Of a stretch of DNA of 64,000 bases, positions 27,748 to 38,226 are shown piece by piece. Position numbers and translations under genes: made by a program. The notes below the pieces were generated by a model, which saw only the letters and a program-made list of their open reading frames with translations, did not search any database and was not told the origin of the DNA. Position 1 is the first letter of the stretch. The number at the start of each line of letters is the position of its first letter. The stretch comes from Armatimonadota bacterium (GTDB taxonomy: Bacteria; Armatimonadota; SYMT01): contig JAWLHY010000002.1 of the NCBI GenBank assembly GCA_041690135.1, forward strand, positions 464,332 through 528,331, in the 5' to 3' direction.

Positions 27748-28857
27748 GTGAAGACGCGCGCAGCAGTTTTGTACGGCCGGAACGAGCCGTTCGTGGTGGA
27801 AGAGCTGGAGCTGGAGCCGCCGGGGCCGGGCGAGGTCCTGGTGGAGATGGCGGGGGGCGGGATCTGCCACAGCGACTGGCACGTGGTCGAAGGGATCCTG
27901 CCCAAGCAGTTCCCCATCATCCTGGGGCACGAGGGCTCGGCACGGGTCCTGGAAGTCGGTCCCGGCGTGCGGCTGGTCCAGCCGGGAGATCCCGTGATCC
28001 TCTCCTGGATTCCGGACTGCGGCCACTGCCAGTACTGCACTGGCGGCCGGTCGAACCTCTGCGATGGGCGCGGCCCCTTTGTGGAAGGGACCCTGGAGGG
28101 CGGGGTCATCCGGTTCAAGAAAGATGGGATGCCGGTCCGCCACTTCAACGGGGTCTCCTCCTTCTCCCAGTACTCCGTGGTGCCGGAGCGCGGCTGCGTG
28201 CCGATCGACCCGCGGGTGCCGCTCGATAAGGCGGCCCTCATCGGCTGCGCCGTCAGCACGGGGGTGGGGGCCGTCCTGTTCACGGCGCGGGCCTGGCCAG
28301 GAGCGACCATTGCGGTCTTCGGGGCGGGAGGCGTCGGCCTCTGCGCCGTCCAGGGAGGGGAGATCGCCAATGCCAGCCGGGTGATCGCGGTGGACGTGAA
28401 CCCGCAGAAGCTGGAATACGCGGCGCAGTTCGGCGCGACGGACCTGGTCAACGCCCGCGAGGTCGACCCGGTCCAGGCGATCCTGGAATTAACGAAGGGC
28501 GAAGGGGTGGACATCGCCGTGGAGGCGGTCGGGCGTCCGGAGACCATCCGCCAGGCGTTCGAGTCGCTCCGCAAAGCGGGCACCGCGGTCGTGGTGGGGA
28601 TCGCGCCGAAGGAAGACCTGATCTCCATTCCCCCGCAGCACCTCGTCTTCGGCGAGCGCCGGCTGGTGGGCAGCTTCTACGGCTCCACCCGCCCCCGCGC
28701 CGATTTCGCGAAGCTGGTCGATCTCTACCTCACCGGCAAGCTGAAGCTGGACCAGCTCGTTTCCCAGGAGTACCGCCTTGATGAGATCAACGAGGCGTTC
28801 CGGGCGCTGAACGCCGGCGAGCTGGCACGAGGGATCATCAACCGCTACACCGCCTGA
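27748..28857 (+). CDS. Zn-dependent alcohol dehydrogenase (class III-like)
   Basis: 'GICHSD', 'GHEG', 'CGHCQYC..C', 'GAGGVG'. Confidence 0.95.
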   Translation: MKTRAAVLYGRNEPFVVEELELEPPGPGEVLVEMAGGGICHSDWHVVEGILPKQFPIILGHEGSARVLEVGPGVRLVQPGDPVILSWIPDCGHCQYCTGGRSNLCDGRGPFVEGTLEGGVIRFKKDGMPVRHFNGVSSFSQYSVVPERGCVPIDPRVPLDKAALIGCAVSTGVGAVLFTARAWPGATIAVFGAGGVGLCAVQGGEIANASRVIAVDVNPQKLEYAAQFGATDLVNAREVDPVQAILELTKGEGVDIAVEAVGRPETIRQAFESLRKAGTAVVVGIAPKEDLISIPPQHLVFGERRLVGSFYGSTRPRADFAKLVDLYLTGKLKLDQLVSQEYRLDEINEAFRALNAGELARGIINRYTA

Positions 28858-30147
28858 TCATTCCCCGGTATACCGGCAGACGACCATCGTCAAATCGTCT
28901 GCCGGGTCCCCGGCCGCGTGGGCCGCGGTGTTGAGCGCCTCCAGGATCGCCTCCACGGGTTCTCCGGCGCAACTTTCGAGGATGCGGGTGATGCCGTCTT
29001 CCCCCAGCCAGCCACCGGCGGGCACCCGGGCCTCACTCAGGCCGTCGGAGTACAATAGCAGGACATCGCCGGGGTTTAGCTCCAGGTCCTGCGGGGTGGC
29101 CTCCCATGCCGAGAAGACCCCGAGCAGCAGGCCGTGCGCCTCTGCCGCGCGGACCCTCCCGTCCCGGCCGGACCAGTGCATCACGGCCGGGTGGCCCGCG
29201 CTCCAGATCCGCACGAAGGGGCTTTCCGGCGCGAGTTCCAGCATGCATAGGGTGGCGAACGCCCCGTCCGGGAGCCGTTCGCCGAGGTCCTGGTTCAGTT
29301 TTTCCAGGGCCGCCTGTGGATCGCGCAACGGATTGAGCCAGGGAAGGAGGTGCCCGATGCTCGTCGCGGCGAAGGCGGCCGGGAGTCCCTTCCCCGAAAC
29401 GTCGCCCACCACGATCCCCTGGCGACGCTTGTCTTCCAGAAACAGGTAAAAGTCACCCCCGACCAGGTGTGCATAGTCGGTCCGCACCGCGACCTCCCAG
29501 CCCGGAATGCTGGGCGGAGCATCCGGCAGCGCCGCCATCTGCATGGAGCGTGCCAGGCTCATCTCCCGCCGGGCGCCCTCTTCCGCGACCTCGCGCCGGA
29601 CCAGTTCCGCTTCGGCGGTCTGGGTCGCCTCGAACCAGTCTCGCAGGCGCTCCATCAAGGAGCCGGAGAAGATGCCCGCGATCAAGAAATACGGGACCAG
29701 GTTCCGCAGATCTTCTGCCGCGCCCGCGGGAAACTCCCGGGCAAGAAGCAGGGTCAGCAGCGCGGAAGCACCTCCCGTTGCGTAGCCACCAACCGATCCG
29801 TATACCAGTGCGGCCGCGAAGATGATGAGGTAACACTGGCCCAGGAACGGGCTGCTCGAACCTCCGGTGTGGTAGCCGACGAGACCCACGAACAGCAGGT
29901 CGGCCGCCATCAAGGCGTACAGTGGGATGCGGTGGATGGGCACCCGGTAGATGAGAACGATGGAAGCCAGGTTGTAAACGGAGAGCAGTGCCAGAACCAG
30001 CAGCGTCCGGCTGCCCGGGTTCTGTGTCAGCAGCACGAGCATGCTTTCCACAGCCTCCGCCGCCACAAACAGCCAGCGCCCGCCCGTTAGCCAGCCGCGG
30101 AAGGTAGTCAGTAGTTGTTGTCGCCCCGTCAGGCCTCCGTTGCTCAC
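28858..30147 (-). CDS. Membrane-anchored PP2C/SpoIIE (RsbU-like) phosphatase
   Basis: 'VGGDFY', 'GDVSGKG', 'SAGHP', 'LYSDGLSE', 'DDLTMV'; N-terminal TM segments; start uncertain (30147 or 30042). Confidence 0.9.
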   Translation of the reverse strand: MSNGGLTGRQQLLTTFRGWLTGGRWLFVAAEAVESMLVLLTQNPGSRTLLVLALLSVYNLASIVLIYRVPIHRIPLYALMAADLLFVGLVGYHTGGSSSPFLGQCYLIIFAAALVYGSVGGYATGGASALLTLLLAREFPAGAAEDLRNLVPYFLIAGIFSGSLMERLRDWFEATQTAEAELVRREVAEEGARREMSLARSMQMAALPDAPPSIPGWEVAVRTDYAHLVGGDFYLFLEDKRRQGIVVGDVSGKGLPAAFAATSIGHLLPWLNPLRDPQAALEKLNQDLGERLPDGAFATLCMLELAPESPFVRIWSAGHPAVMHWSGRDGRVRAAEAHGLLLGVFSAWEATPQDLELNPGDVLLLYSDGLSEARVPAGGWLGEDGITRILESCAGEPVEAILEALNTAAHAAGDPADDLTMVVCRYTGE

Positions 30148-30295
30148 CTCCTTTCGATACCCGTAACCGGATAGCGTGCAATCCCGGCCGCCCCTGCCGT
30201 GATAGGAGGCATCGTCGGCTCGGACGGCGTAATGGCAGGGATAGAAGGTCGCCACAGGGTCCGGAGTTTACCAACCTTCGGGAGTCGTCGCGAGC

Positions 30296-32857
30296 ATGCC
30301 TGGTTCGTTCATCGTCAGTGAGGAGCGTTTTCGCGCGGTTATCGAGCACAGCCTCGATGGGCTCGTTCTCACGGATGAGAAGGGAACGGTGCTCTATGCC
30401 AGCCCGGCGACTCATCGCATCACGGGCCTTCCGGAGGAGACTTTTACGGGTCGCGACGTGTTCCTGGGGGTCCACCCGGAAGACCTGTCCGGAGTTACCG
30501 AGCGCTTCCAGCGACTTCTCCAGGGGCCGGGAGAACCCCTATCGGCTCGCTTCCGGCACCAGCATGCGGACGGCTCTTGGCGTTGGATCGACGCCGTGGG
30601 GACGAACCTGCTGGCCCAGCCCGGCGTGCATGCGATCGTCGTGAGCTTCCGGGATGTTACCCAGGTGCACGAGGCGGAAGCGGCCAGGAGTCGCCTGCTC
30701 CAGCAGACCAGAAGTGGGGAAGAGCGTTTGATGCTCCTGGCGGAGGCATCCAGCCGGCTCCTGCCTACGGATGAGCCGGAAGCCATTTTCGGCGAGTTGC
30801 TGGACCTGGCTCGTCGTCTCATTCCCGCGGATGCTTGCGCCGTCTGGCGGAAGGAACCGGACGGTGAAGCATGGAGCGTGGCTGCGGAAGTGGGCCTTCC
30901 TACCGAGTACGAGCGGAAGTTGCCTGCCGCGGAACACCGCCTTCCCGACCAGCCTCTTTGTGTCGAGAATGTTGATCGGGTGCCGGCGGTCGCCTCCCGG
31001 CGGACGGCGTTTGCGCGGATCGGGATCCGGTCCCTGATGTTTGTCCCGCTGCGGATAGCAGATGAGGCGGCGGCCACGATTGCCTTCTACTACCGCGAGC
31101 CGCACGCTTTCCCCGAGTCGGAAGTGCGGGTCGCGACGGCGCTGGCAAACTTGGCGAGTGCCGCCCTGACCACTGCCGAGCTGTACGCCCGGCAGCGCCG
31201 CGCCCACGAGGAAGCGGAACGCGCCTATTACCAGGCGCAGGACACGCTGGCCCGGCTGGCGGAGAGCGAGCGCGATCTCCGCTACGTGATGGAACACGCC
31301 AACTGCATTCTCTGGCACGCCGTTGTGCACGCGCCTTCGACGGATTCGCGGGGCTTCGTCTGGGACTTCACCTACTTCGATGAACAGGCGGCGCAGCGTT
31401 TTCTGCCGCTGGAGTTACTGCCCGGTGAATCGTATGTCGAGGCGTTCTACCGCAATAAGCCGCAGGAAGACCGGGCCTACTGTGATCGGCGGGCCCGGGA
31501 GGCGTTCCATGAGGGCAGGCCATTCTACAGCCACGAAACGCGCTGCCGCCGCTCGGACGGGAGTGTGAGGTGGTTGTACGAAGAAACGCAGGTAGAGGTG
31601 ATTGGGCCCGGCCAGTGGCGTGCCGTCGGTTTCTGCACCGATATCACCGAGCGCAAGCGGCTCGAAGGGGAATTGCGGCGTCAGATGGAGGCGCTGGAGC
31701 AGGCGGACCGTCGGAAGGATCAGTTCCTGGCCATGCTGGCGCACGAACTGCGGAACCCACTCGGCGCCATCAGCAACGCGCTGCACGTGCTCAGGTTGCC
31801 GCAAGCTAAGGAAGATATGCGCGCGCGCGCACTGGCGATCCTGGATCGGCAGGTGCGGCACCAGCGGCGGATGGTGGACGACCTCCTCGACGTTTCTCGC
31901 ATCACCCGGGGGTTGATGGAAATCCGGCGCGCGCCCGTGGATCTCGTGCCGTTGGTTCGCGACACCGTCGAAGATATCCGCGGGGAACTGGATGTGCGGG
32001 GGATCGCGCTTCAAGTCGAGCTTCCCGAGAAGGGCTGCTGGGTTACCGGAGACGCCATCCGCCTCGGGCAGGTAGTGGGGAACTTGCTGCATAACGCCTG
32101 CAAGTTCACGGAAGCCGGCGGCGGCATCCGGGTGCGGGTGGAGGCGGAAGCGCTGCCGGGAATGAACTCATCGGATGACGTGTCCAATCCTCCGCACCCC
32201 TCGCAGGCTGTGGTGTCCGTGCGCGATACCGGAGCCGGGATGGCGCCGGAGTTGCTCTCGCGTATCTTTGAGAGCTTCGTTCAGGGGGATCAGAACCTGG
32301 CGCGGGTGCACGGTGGGCTTGGGCTCGGCCTGGCGCTGGCGCGTGGTCTTATTGAGCTGCACGGAGGTACGATTGAGGCGCGGAGTGACGGTCCCGGACA
32401 TGGTTCCGAGGTCCGCTTCCACCTGCCATCAACGGCGGCTCCCCGGGAAGCGGAGGCCATCGCCGTTGGATCTAGCCCGGCTGCCGGTCCGGTGAAGGTG
32501 CTGGTGGTGGAGGACAACCCGGACGTGGCGGAAAGCATGCGCGACCTCTTGGAGGCCTTTGGCTATCGGGTGAACCTGGCCTCCAGCGGGACCGGCGTGC
32601 TGGAGTTGTCCCGACGGGAGTTGCCCCAGGTGATCCTGTGTGATATTGGGCTTCCCGGCAAGGACGGCTACGAGGTGGCAGCCGAGATTCGGGCCGATCC
32701 CTCCCTGGCCGGCATCCGCCTGGCCGCCGTGAGTGGCTACGGCACGGAGGACGACCTGCACCGGAGTCGGTCCGCCGGTTTCGAAGCCCACTTCACCAAG
32801 CCGGTCACTCCCGCGGACCTCCTGACCTGGCTGCGGGAAATAGCAAGCCGCACTTAA
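30296..32857 (+). CDS. Hybrid sensor histidine kinase (PAS-GAF-PAS-HisKA-HATPase-REC)
   Basis: 'LAHELRNPL', 'NLLHNACKF', 'DTGAGM', 'GLGLGL', receiver 'VVEDN...CDIGLPG...FTKP'. Confidence 0.95.
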   Translation: MPGSFIVSEERFRAVIEHSLDGLVLTDEKGTVLYASPATHRITGLPEETFTGRDVFLGVHPEDLSGVTERFQRLLQGPGEPLSARFRHQHADGSWRWIDAVGTNLLAQPGVHAIVVSFRDVTQVHEAEAARSRLLQQTRSGEERLMLLAEASSRLLPTDEPEAIFGELLDLARRLIPADACAVWRKEPDGEAWSVAAEVGLPTEYERKLPAAEHRLPDQPLCVENVDRVPAVASRRTAFARIGIRSLMFVPLRIADEAAATIAFYYREPHAFPESEVRVATALANLASAALTTAELYARQRRAHEEAERAYYQAQDTLARLAESERDLRYVMEHANCILWHAVVHAPSTDSRGFVWDFTYFDEQAAQRFLPLELLPGESYVEAFYRNKPQEDRAYCDRRAREAFHEGRPFYSHETRCRRSDGSVRWLYEETQVEVIGPGQWRAVGFCTDITERKRLEGELRRQMEALEQADRRKDQFLAMLAHELRNPLGAISNALHVLRLPQAKEDMRARALAILDRQVRHQRRMVDDLLDVSRITRGLMEIRRAPVDLVPLVRDTVEDIRGELDVRGIALQVELPEKGCWVTGDAIRLGQVVGNLLHNACKFTEAGGGIRVRVEAEALPGMNSSDDVSNPPHPSQAVVSVRDTGAGMAPELLSRIFESFVQGDQNLARVHGGLGLGLALARGLIELHGGTIEARSDGPGHGSEVRFHLPSTAAPREAEAIAVGSSPAAGPVKVLVVEDNPDVAESMRDLLEAFGYRVNLASSGTGVLELSRRELPQVILCDIGLPGKDGYEVAAEIRADPSLAGIRLAAVSGYGTEDDLHRSRSAGFEAHFTKPVTPADLLTWLREIASRT

Positions 32858-32859
32858 GC

Positions 32860-34359
32860 TCAGAGCATCAGTTCGGGACGCGCTCGGCCGGTCCCGGCAA
32901 TCGGCATGGGCCGGTTTTCCCGGTCCGGAACCATGGTCTCCGGATCGATGCCCAGGAGGTAGAAGGCGGTGGCCAGCAGGTCCTTGGGAGACACGGGGGT
33001 CTCCTCCACTTCCCCTCCGAGCCGATCCGTACTGCCGACTACCTTCCCGCTCGGCGCGCCGCCGCCGGCCAGGGTGACGGAGTAGGCGTTAGACCAGTGG
33101 TGCCGGCCCGCGCCCTTTGGCTTGGAGTCGATCTGCGGGGTGCGGCCGTGCTCGCTCATCCAGAGGACCAGGGTGTCGCCGAGTAGCCCGCGGTCTTCCA
33201 GGTCGCGAATCAGGGCGGAATACGCGAGGTCGAAGCCGGGCAGCAGGTACTCCTTCAGGCGCGGATAGTGGTTGGCGTGCGTGTCCCAGGCGCAGTTGGC
33301 GAACTGGCCGTAGCCGTCCCAGTAGACGCTGACAAACTTGCAGCCGGCCTCCACCAGGCGCCGCGCGGCGAGGCAGGACTGGCCGAACAGCGTCATGCCG
33401 TATTGCTCGCGCAGGGCCTGGGACTCCCGGCCGATGTCGAGCGCCTCCCGCATTCGCTCCGAGGTCAGGAGCGAAAACGCCCGCTCCTGAAAGCGGTCGT
33501 ACGCCTGCACCTCGCTGGTGGCATCGATCCGTTTTCGGCCCTGGTCGAACTGCTCCAGCAGGGAGCGCCGGAGCTGCAGTCGCCGGGAGGAGACGTTCTC
33601 CGAAAGCTGGCCCGGAGGCGCCATCCGGAAGCGGCCCTCCGCCGTGGTGGCGGCAAACGGGTCCATGAACTCCTTCGCCTGCCCGTCCGTGTACTTCGGC
33701 GCGACCTTCAGGCCGGGACCGTCGAATGAAGGCCAGACCGGGTCGTAGGCCTGCCCCAGGAAGGCGGCATAGGTGCCCGCGCTCACATCGACGTCGGTCT
33801 TGGAGTTCAACAACCACGGCAGCCCGACGTTCCGGGGCATGGCGGGGTGCAGGTCCCCGGTGCGCCGCTCCTCCAGGTAGTCGACGATGGAACCGATAAA
33901 CGGCCAGTGCTGGGCGTCGCGCGGACGGGTCTCCAGGGCCGGCGTATAAGTGGGGATCCCGGTGAGGGCGTACGCCACCCCATGGAGTGGGTAGGGGTGC
34001 GTAACGGAGCGGACCACCGTGACGCGATCCATGATCTTCGCGATCTTCGGCAGCCCCTCGCAGATCTGGAGTCCCGGCACGACCGTGCCGATCGCCTTCA
34101 TTTCTCCCTGGATTTCCGCGGGTGCGTCGGGCTTGGGGTCGAAGGTCTCATGCTGCGGCGGGGAGCCGTATGGAAACAGCAGGATGCACGCCTTCGCCCG
34201 GCCGAACGCGCGGGGCCGCGCTTCGGCGGCCTGGGCGTCCTGAAGGCGCAGGGCGTCCGCCATCCCCACGCCGAAGACGCCGAGTCCGCCCACCTGGAGC
34301 AGGTCCCGGCGGGTGATCCCGTCGCAAAGCGTGGTTGGTGAGCCGAGGAGGCGGATCAT
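32860..34359 (-). CDS. DUF1501 family protein
   Basis: 'CDGITRRDLLQVG', 'GSPPQHETFDPKP', 'WDTH', 'SEHGRTP', 'GRHHW'; ATG 34359. Confidence 0.93.
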   Translation of the reverse strand: MIRLLGSPTTLCDGITRRDLLQVGGLGVFGVGMADALRLQDAQAAEARPRAFGRAKACILLFPYGSPPQHETFDPKPDAPAEIQGEMKAIGTVVPGLQICEGLPKIAKIMDRVTVVRSVTHPYPLHGVAYALTGIPTYTPALETRPRDAQHWPFIGSIVDYLEERRTGDLHPAMPRNVGLPWLLNSKTDVDVSAGTYAAFLGQAYDPVWPSFDGPGLKVAPKYTDGQAKEFMDPFAATTAEGRFRMAPPGQLSENVSSRRLQLRRSLLEQFDQGRKRIDATSEVQAYDRFQERAFSLLTSERMREALDIGRESQALREQYGMTLFGQSCLAARRLVEAGCKFVSVYWDGYGQFANCAWDTHANHYPRLKEYLLPGFDLAYSALIRDLEDRGLLGDTLVLWMSEHGRTPQIDSKPKGAGRHHWSNAYSVTLAGGGAPSGKVVGSTDRLGGEVEETPVSPKDLLATAFYLLGIDPETMVPDRENRPMPIAGTGRARPELML

Positions 34360-34603
34360 GGTGTCTGCTGTCTGTTCCTTTTGCGGATGGACGGTACCCA
34401 GCAAGGTGGCGGCCCGCCGGCAGGGATTGCGTGATGCGTATTTCGCAATGCGTAACCCGAACCAACTGGATCCAGGAGCAAGAACCGCTACACCGCGAAG
34501 GGGTGTCCGAGCTTCTCGATGCCCCAGCAGTTCAGAGAACATGACGGAGCGGAAGTTGCATTCGGAACGGCGGGGCGGGCCTGAATACGCGTACAATCTC
34601 CCC

Positions 34604-35038
34604 ATGGGTAACTGGCAAGAAGAGATCGCTCGGGTGCGACGGGCCACCGGTATCCGGTGCCGGCTCCTCGAGAAAAACACGTCTGACGTGGATACGGTCG
34701 CGCGGGAGTTCGGTCTTCAGCCCAGTGGCCGCCTGGAGCCGGTAGACGGATTGACGGCTACTGCCGTGCTGGAAGCCCTCCTGTGGAAGGATATGGCCTA
34801 CCAGTACGAGATCATGCCGCGCGACCGGGCTCGCGAGTTGGCGCGGGAATTCGTCGGGACGTTTCCCGTCGGTGCCCGGTTCTTCGTCAATGCCCGATGG
34901 GACCTACGGGGGTCTGCGCCTTTCTCCTGGTCATCCTGCACCTCGGCCACATTCGATGGCGGGGTCATCGCCATAGCCTCGGACAAAAAAGGCGGCCAGT
35001 GGCTCGCCGGCTGTATCTGGCTGGAGGACGAAGATTGA
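34604..35038 (+). CDS. Hypothetical protein (144 aa)
   Basis: Globular-looking ORF 'LWKDMAY...SATFDGGVI...IWLEDED'; TACAAT just upstream. Confidence 0.65.
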   Translation: MGNWQEEIARVRRATGIRCRLLEKNTSDVDTVAREFGLQPSGRLEPVDGLTATAVLEALLWKDMAYQYEIMPRDRARELAREFVGTFPVGARFFVNARWDLRGSAPFSWSSCTSATFDGGVIAIASDKKGGQWLAGCIWLEDED

Positions 35039-35384
35039 GTGGGTGCCGGTGCGGAGCTGCACGCGCGGATAAGAAAGCTAAAGTACGCGGTCCCCTGAGC
35101 GTTTGCGTTGCAATCGCCCCGTCCGGCAGACTCGATCTGTAGGGGCATCGGCTCTGGTTGCCCCGTTCTGAATCAGATGAGCGCCGGCAAAACCGTAGTA
35201 GCCGTTGGAGCCGGAGCCGGCCGGCTGCAACCCCATATGCCAACCCCACCTCACCCACCTCCACGCTCGCTCCCGCAGCCATCGTAAAGTCAACAGCCAG
35301 GGAGTTTGCCCTGCAGGAACCCGGATGCGGAACAGACAACAGTGCTGCGGTGAAGCACTCCCCACTCTTCCAGAGGTTCCTACC

Positions 35385-36710
35385 ATGTTGCCTCGTCCCG
35401 CACTCCGGTGGCCCCTGCTTCTGTTACTGCTGGTCACCTCCGCCTTGCCGCTTGCCGGCCAGGAGGCGACGGCTCCGCCCCCTCCCGGTGCAGTTTCCGC
35501 CCCGCCGGACCAGAAGCCGGTCGTCTTCCGTCTCCTGCTATTGATCAAGCCGGAGAGCCGGCTCGTCACGAAGAAGGGCGCCTGCAATGGGAAGATGACC
35601 CTGGGAGACATCCAGGCCGTCTCCAAGGTCTTCCAGGAGACCTTCCCGCAGGCGGTTCGGCGCGCCACCCGTGGACGCGTCGAGATCCAGGCGGACGTCA
35701 CCGTCTCCGACGCGCCCCTGACGAAGGTGACCGCGGTGGGGAAGGGGCAGTTCTGGCCTGCTCCGGGAAATGTCCAGGCCGATCTCCAACGGTACACCCG
35801 TCCGGGGGAGTACGACGGGGTGGTCGTCTACTGGATGAACCGGGACGGCCAGCAGAAGAAGAGCCTTCCCGGCGGCCTCGGCTTCACCTGGCCGGGTCTC
35901 ACCACCCACGGCATGGGCTACAGCGTGATGGTCTACCAGGGCCCGCGCTACTGGGCGGGGAAGGGACCGGCCACGGTGTTCGTCCACGAGTGGTGCCATC
36001 AACTGGAGTTCTTCTACCCGAAGTTGGGCGTGAAGCTGCCCCGCCAAGGCCTCCACGGGACGCACCTCTACCCCGGCCAGGGCAAGAACTGGTATGCGCG
36101 CTTCCTGAATGGGGAGGTGGAGGAGCGGGACGGCTCCCGGCGCGGGCTGGGGGAAACGGCGTGGCGCCTCGGGACGATGCGGGAGCGGTATACCCCCGAC
36201 TACCTCACTCCGGAGCGCAAGAGCCGCAACCTGCTCCGGAATGCCTCCTTCGAGGCGCCGCTGGCGGGTACCTGGACTTACGGAGGCGTTCAACCCGCGG
36301 CGAATGCGGTCCGGGTGGTTTCCGGGGGAGCGCGGGACGGGGCTCACTCCCTGGTGCTGCAGTCGGCCGTACCCAACGAACTGCACGTCTACCAGGACGT
36401 AGCCGTGAAACCGAAGACGCGCTACCTCCTTTCGGGCTGGGTCGCCACCGAGCGCCTGCAGACCCGCTCCGGCAGCAACACCGGGGCTACCCTGGCCGTT
36501 TTCCGGCACCCCGAGCGGAGCCGCTCCCTGACGGGAGACAACGAGTGGACCTACGTCTTCCGCATGGTCGATACCGGCAAGCGGACGCAACTCCGGATCG
36601 GCGCGCAGTTCGGCGGCCTGAAGGTCCCCGCGGTCGGCCGGGCCGCCTACGACGACCTTTGCCTGATCGAGGTCGAGCGCGTCGATCCGGATGGGCATCC
36701 GGTGGATTGA
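35385..36710 (+). CDS. Secreted zinc metallopeptidase-like protein with C-terminal CBM4/9-like domain
   Basis: Signal peptide; 'FVHEWCH...GLH'; 'NLLRNASFE...QDVAVKPKTRYLLSGWV...YDDL'. Confidence 0.75.
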   Translation: MLPRPALRWPLLLLLLVTSALPLAGQEATAPPPPGAVSAPPDQKPVVFRLLLLIKPESRLVTKKGACNGKMTLGDIQAVSKVFQETFPQAVRRATRGRVEIQADVTVSDAPLTKVTAVGKGQFWPAPGNVQADLQRYTRPGEYDGVVVYWMNRDGQQKKSLPGGLGFTWPGLTTHGMGYSVMVYQGPRYWAGKGPATVFVHEWCHQLEFFYPKLGVKLPRQGLHGTHLYPGQGKNWYARFLNGEVEERDGSRRGLGETAWRLGTMRERYTPDYLTPERKSRNLLRNASFEAPLAGTWTYGGVQPAANAVRVVSGGARDGAHSLVLQSAVPNELHVYQDVAVKPKTRYLLSGWVATERLQTRSGSNTGATLAVFRHPERSRSLTGDNEWTYVFRMVDTGKRTQLRIGAQFGGLKVPAVGRAAYDDLCLIEVERVDPDGHPVD

Positions 36711-36728
36711 GTTAAACCACCAGCCCGC

Positions 36729-38006
36729 TCAACGCCGCTTGCGGGGTGGGAAGACCTCCTTCACAGCTTCCAGATACTTCATCCCGGTGCGGGTGTCCGG
36801 CTCCAGGTAGCTGCCTTCCGTCCACTCGTTCCAGCAGTTCAGGTTGAAGATCCGCTCTTCGGGCGGGCGCTTCATCAAGAACTCTTTCACCCGCACCAGC
36901 GCATCGCGGAAAGCTTCCGGCGTGTTGCCGCTTAAGGTGGCCATGAACGGGTAGCCGCGGTTCTCGAACGGGTCGGACTGCTGCGCCCGGGGGCTCGAGT
37001 CCCAGCCCATGGTCACGTTCGGGTAGTAGGGCACGCCGAACTGGTTGGTCACCGTCTCGGCATACCGGAAGTACTCGTCCATCACCTGCCGGTACGGGGT
37101 CTCCGGGAACTGCTTCAGCGGCACGTGGTGGATCCAGACGTAGGATGTTACGCTGTCCAGCCCCAGCTTCTCGGACATCTCCCGTACGTTGGCGACCGTC
37201 TTCTCGCCCGGAAGGATCTGCACGCCCCAGGTAACGCCGTTCACGTGCAGGTCGGGGAAACCGGCGGACTTCGTCTTCGCGCGGAACCGGTCGAGGGCTT
37301 TGCGGGTCTCGTCCACGCTCCCGAAGCTCTGGACCAGCCGGTACAGCTCGTACACGGAGAAGTAGGGTTTCCCGTCGATCTTCCAGTAGGAGGGGTGGCG
37401 GAAGTACTCGCGGACGATGTAGTCGGTCATCTTCTCCCAGGTGGCCGGTTGGATGCGGCCGGGGTAGAGGAGCTTCGGCTGCACGCCCAGCTTGCGGGGG
37501 TGGATGTCGATCCAGTCGTGGTTCGCCCACATCAGGCTGAACTTGAGCCGGCGGTTGTTCCTGGCCTTGAGGAAGCCCTTCTCTAGCCCCCGTTCCAGGA
37601 ACGGGCCGTCGTCGTACCAGTACCAGTCGAAGATGAAGGCGTCGATGCCGTGGTCCGCCGCCGCGTCGATCTTCCGCGCCATCTCCTTCGGGTCGGACTC
37701 GTCCGTATAGCCCCAGGCCGGCACCTTCGGCTGCTGGTGGCCCGGAAACCGCGGCTTCGCCGTCTTCACCAGTTCCCACTCCGCCCACCCCTTGCCATGG
37801 AACGCATCGTTGCGCGGATCGCCGGGATGATAGTTCGGGAAGTAGTAGCAGGCGACCGTTGGCCTCACCTCCCGGCTGGAACCCTTGACCTTCGCTGCGG
37901 CGGAATTGGTCGCTGGCAACGAGCCAGGCTGGGCTGCTTCCGTGGCGGTCAGGAGATTGGCGCCAAGACCTGCGAGAGATGAGGTTAAGAAGGTACGGCG
38001 AAACAA
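36729..38006 (-). CDS. Glycoside hydrolase family 99-like / WbsX domain protein, Tat-exported
   Basis: 'RRTFL' Tat motif, 'YYFPNYH', 'FIFDWYWY', 'MWANHDW', 'NCWNEWTEGSYLEP'. Confidence 0.9.
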   Translation of the reverse strand: MFRRTFLTSSLAGLGANLLTATEAAQPGSLPATNSAAAKVKGSSREVRPTVACYYFPNYHPGDPRNDAFHGKGWAEWELVKTAKPRFPGHQQPKVPAWGYTDESDPKEMARKIDAAADHGIDAFIFDWYWYDDGPFLERGLEKGFLKARNNRRLKFSLMWANHDWIDIHPRKLGVQPKLLYPGRIQPATWEKMTDYIVREYFRHPSYWKIDGKPYFSVYELYRLVQSFGSVDETRKALDRFRAKTKSAGFPDLHVNGVTWGVQILPGEKTVANVREMSEKLGLDSVTSYVWIHHVPLKQFPETPYRQVMDEYFRYAETVTNQFGVPYYPNVTMGWDSSPRAQQSDPFENRGYPFMATLSGNTPEAFRDALVRVKEFLMKRPPEERIFNLNCWNEWTEGSYLEPDTRTGMKYLEAVKEVFPPRKRR

Positions 38007-38226
38007 GGCGAAGCCCCCTCTTCATTGGGTGGTAACCGGGCGACGCTCACGTTGGCGCATCTGATGGCACGGGGAAGCACGTCGCGTCCGGTTGCCTATA
38101 CTTGCTGGAATTGTTCGCTGCGAGAGACGGTTCTGTCCTGCTGACGAGGGTGGCGGGGCCTGAACGAGCTACCACCGGAAAGTATTGACATGCCGCGGTT
38201 CAGCGCAGCCTCCGACAATCATCCCC

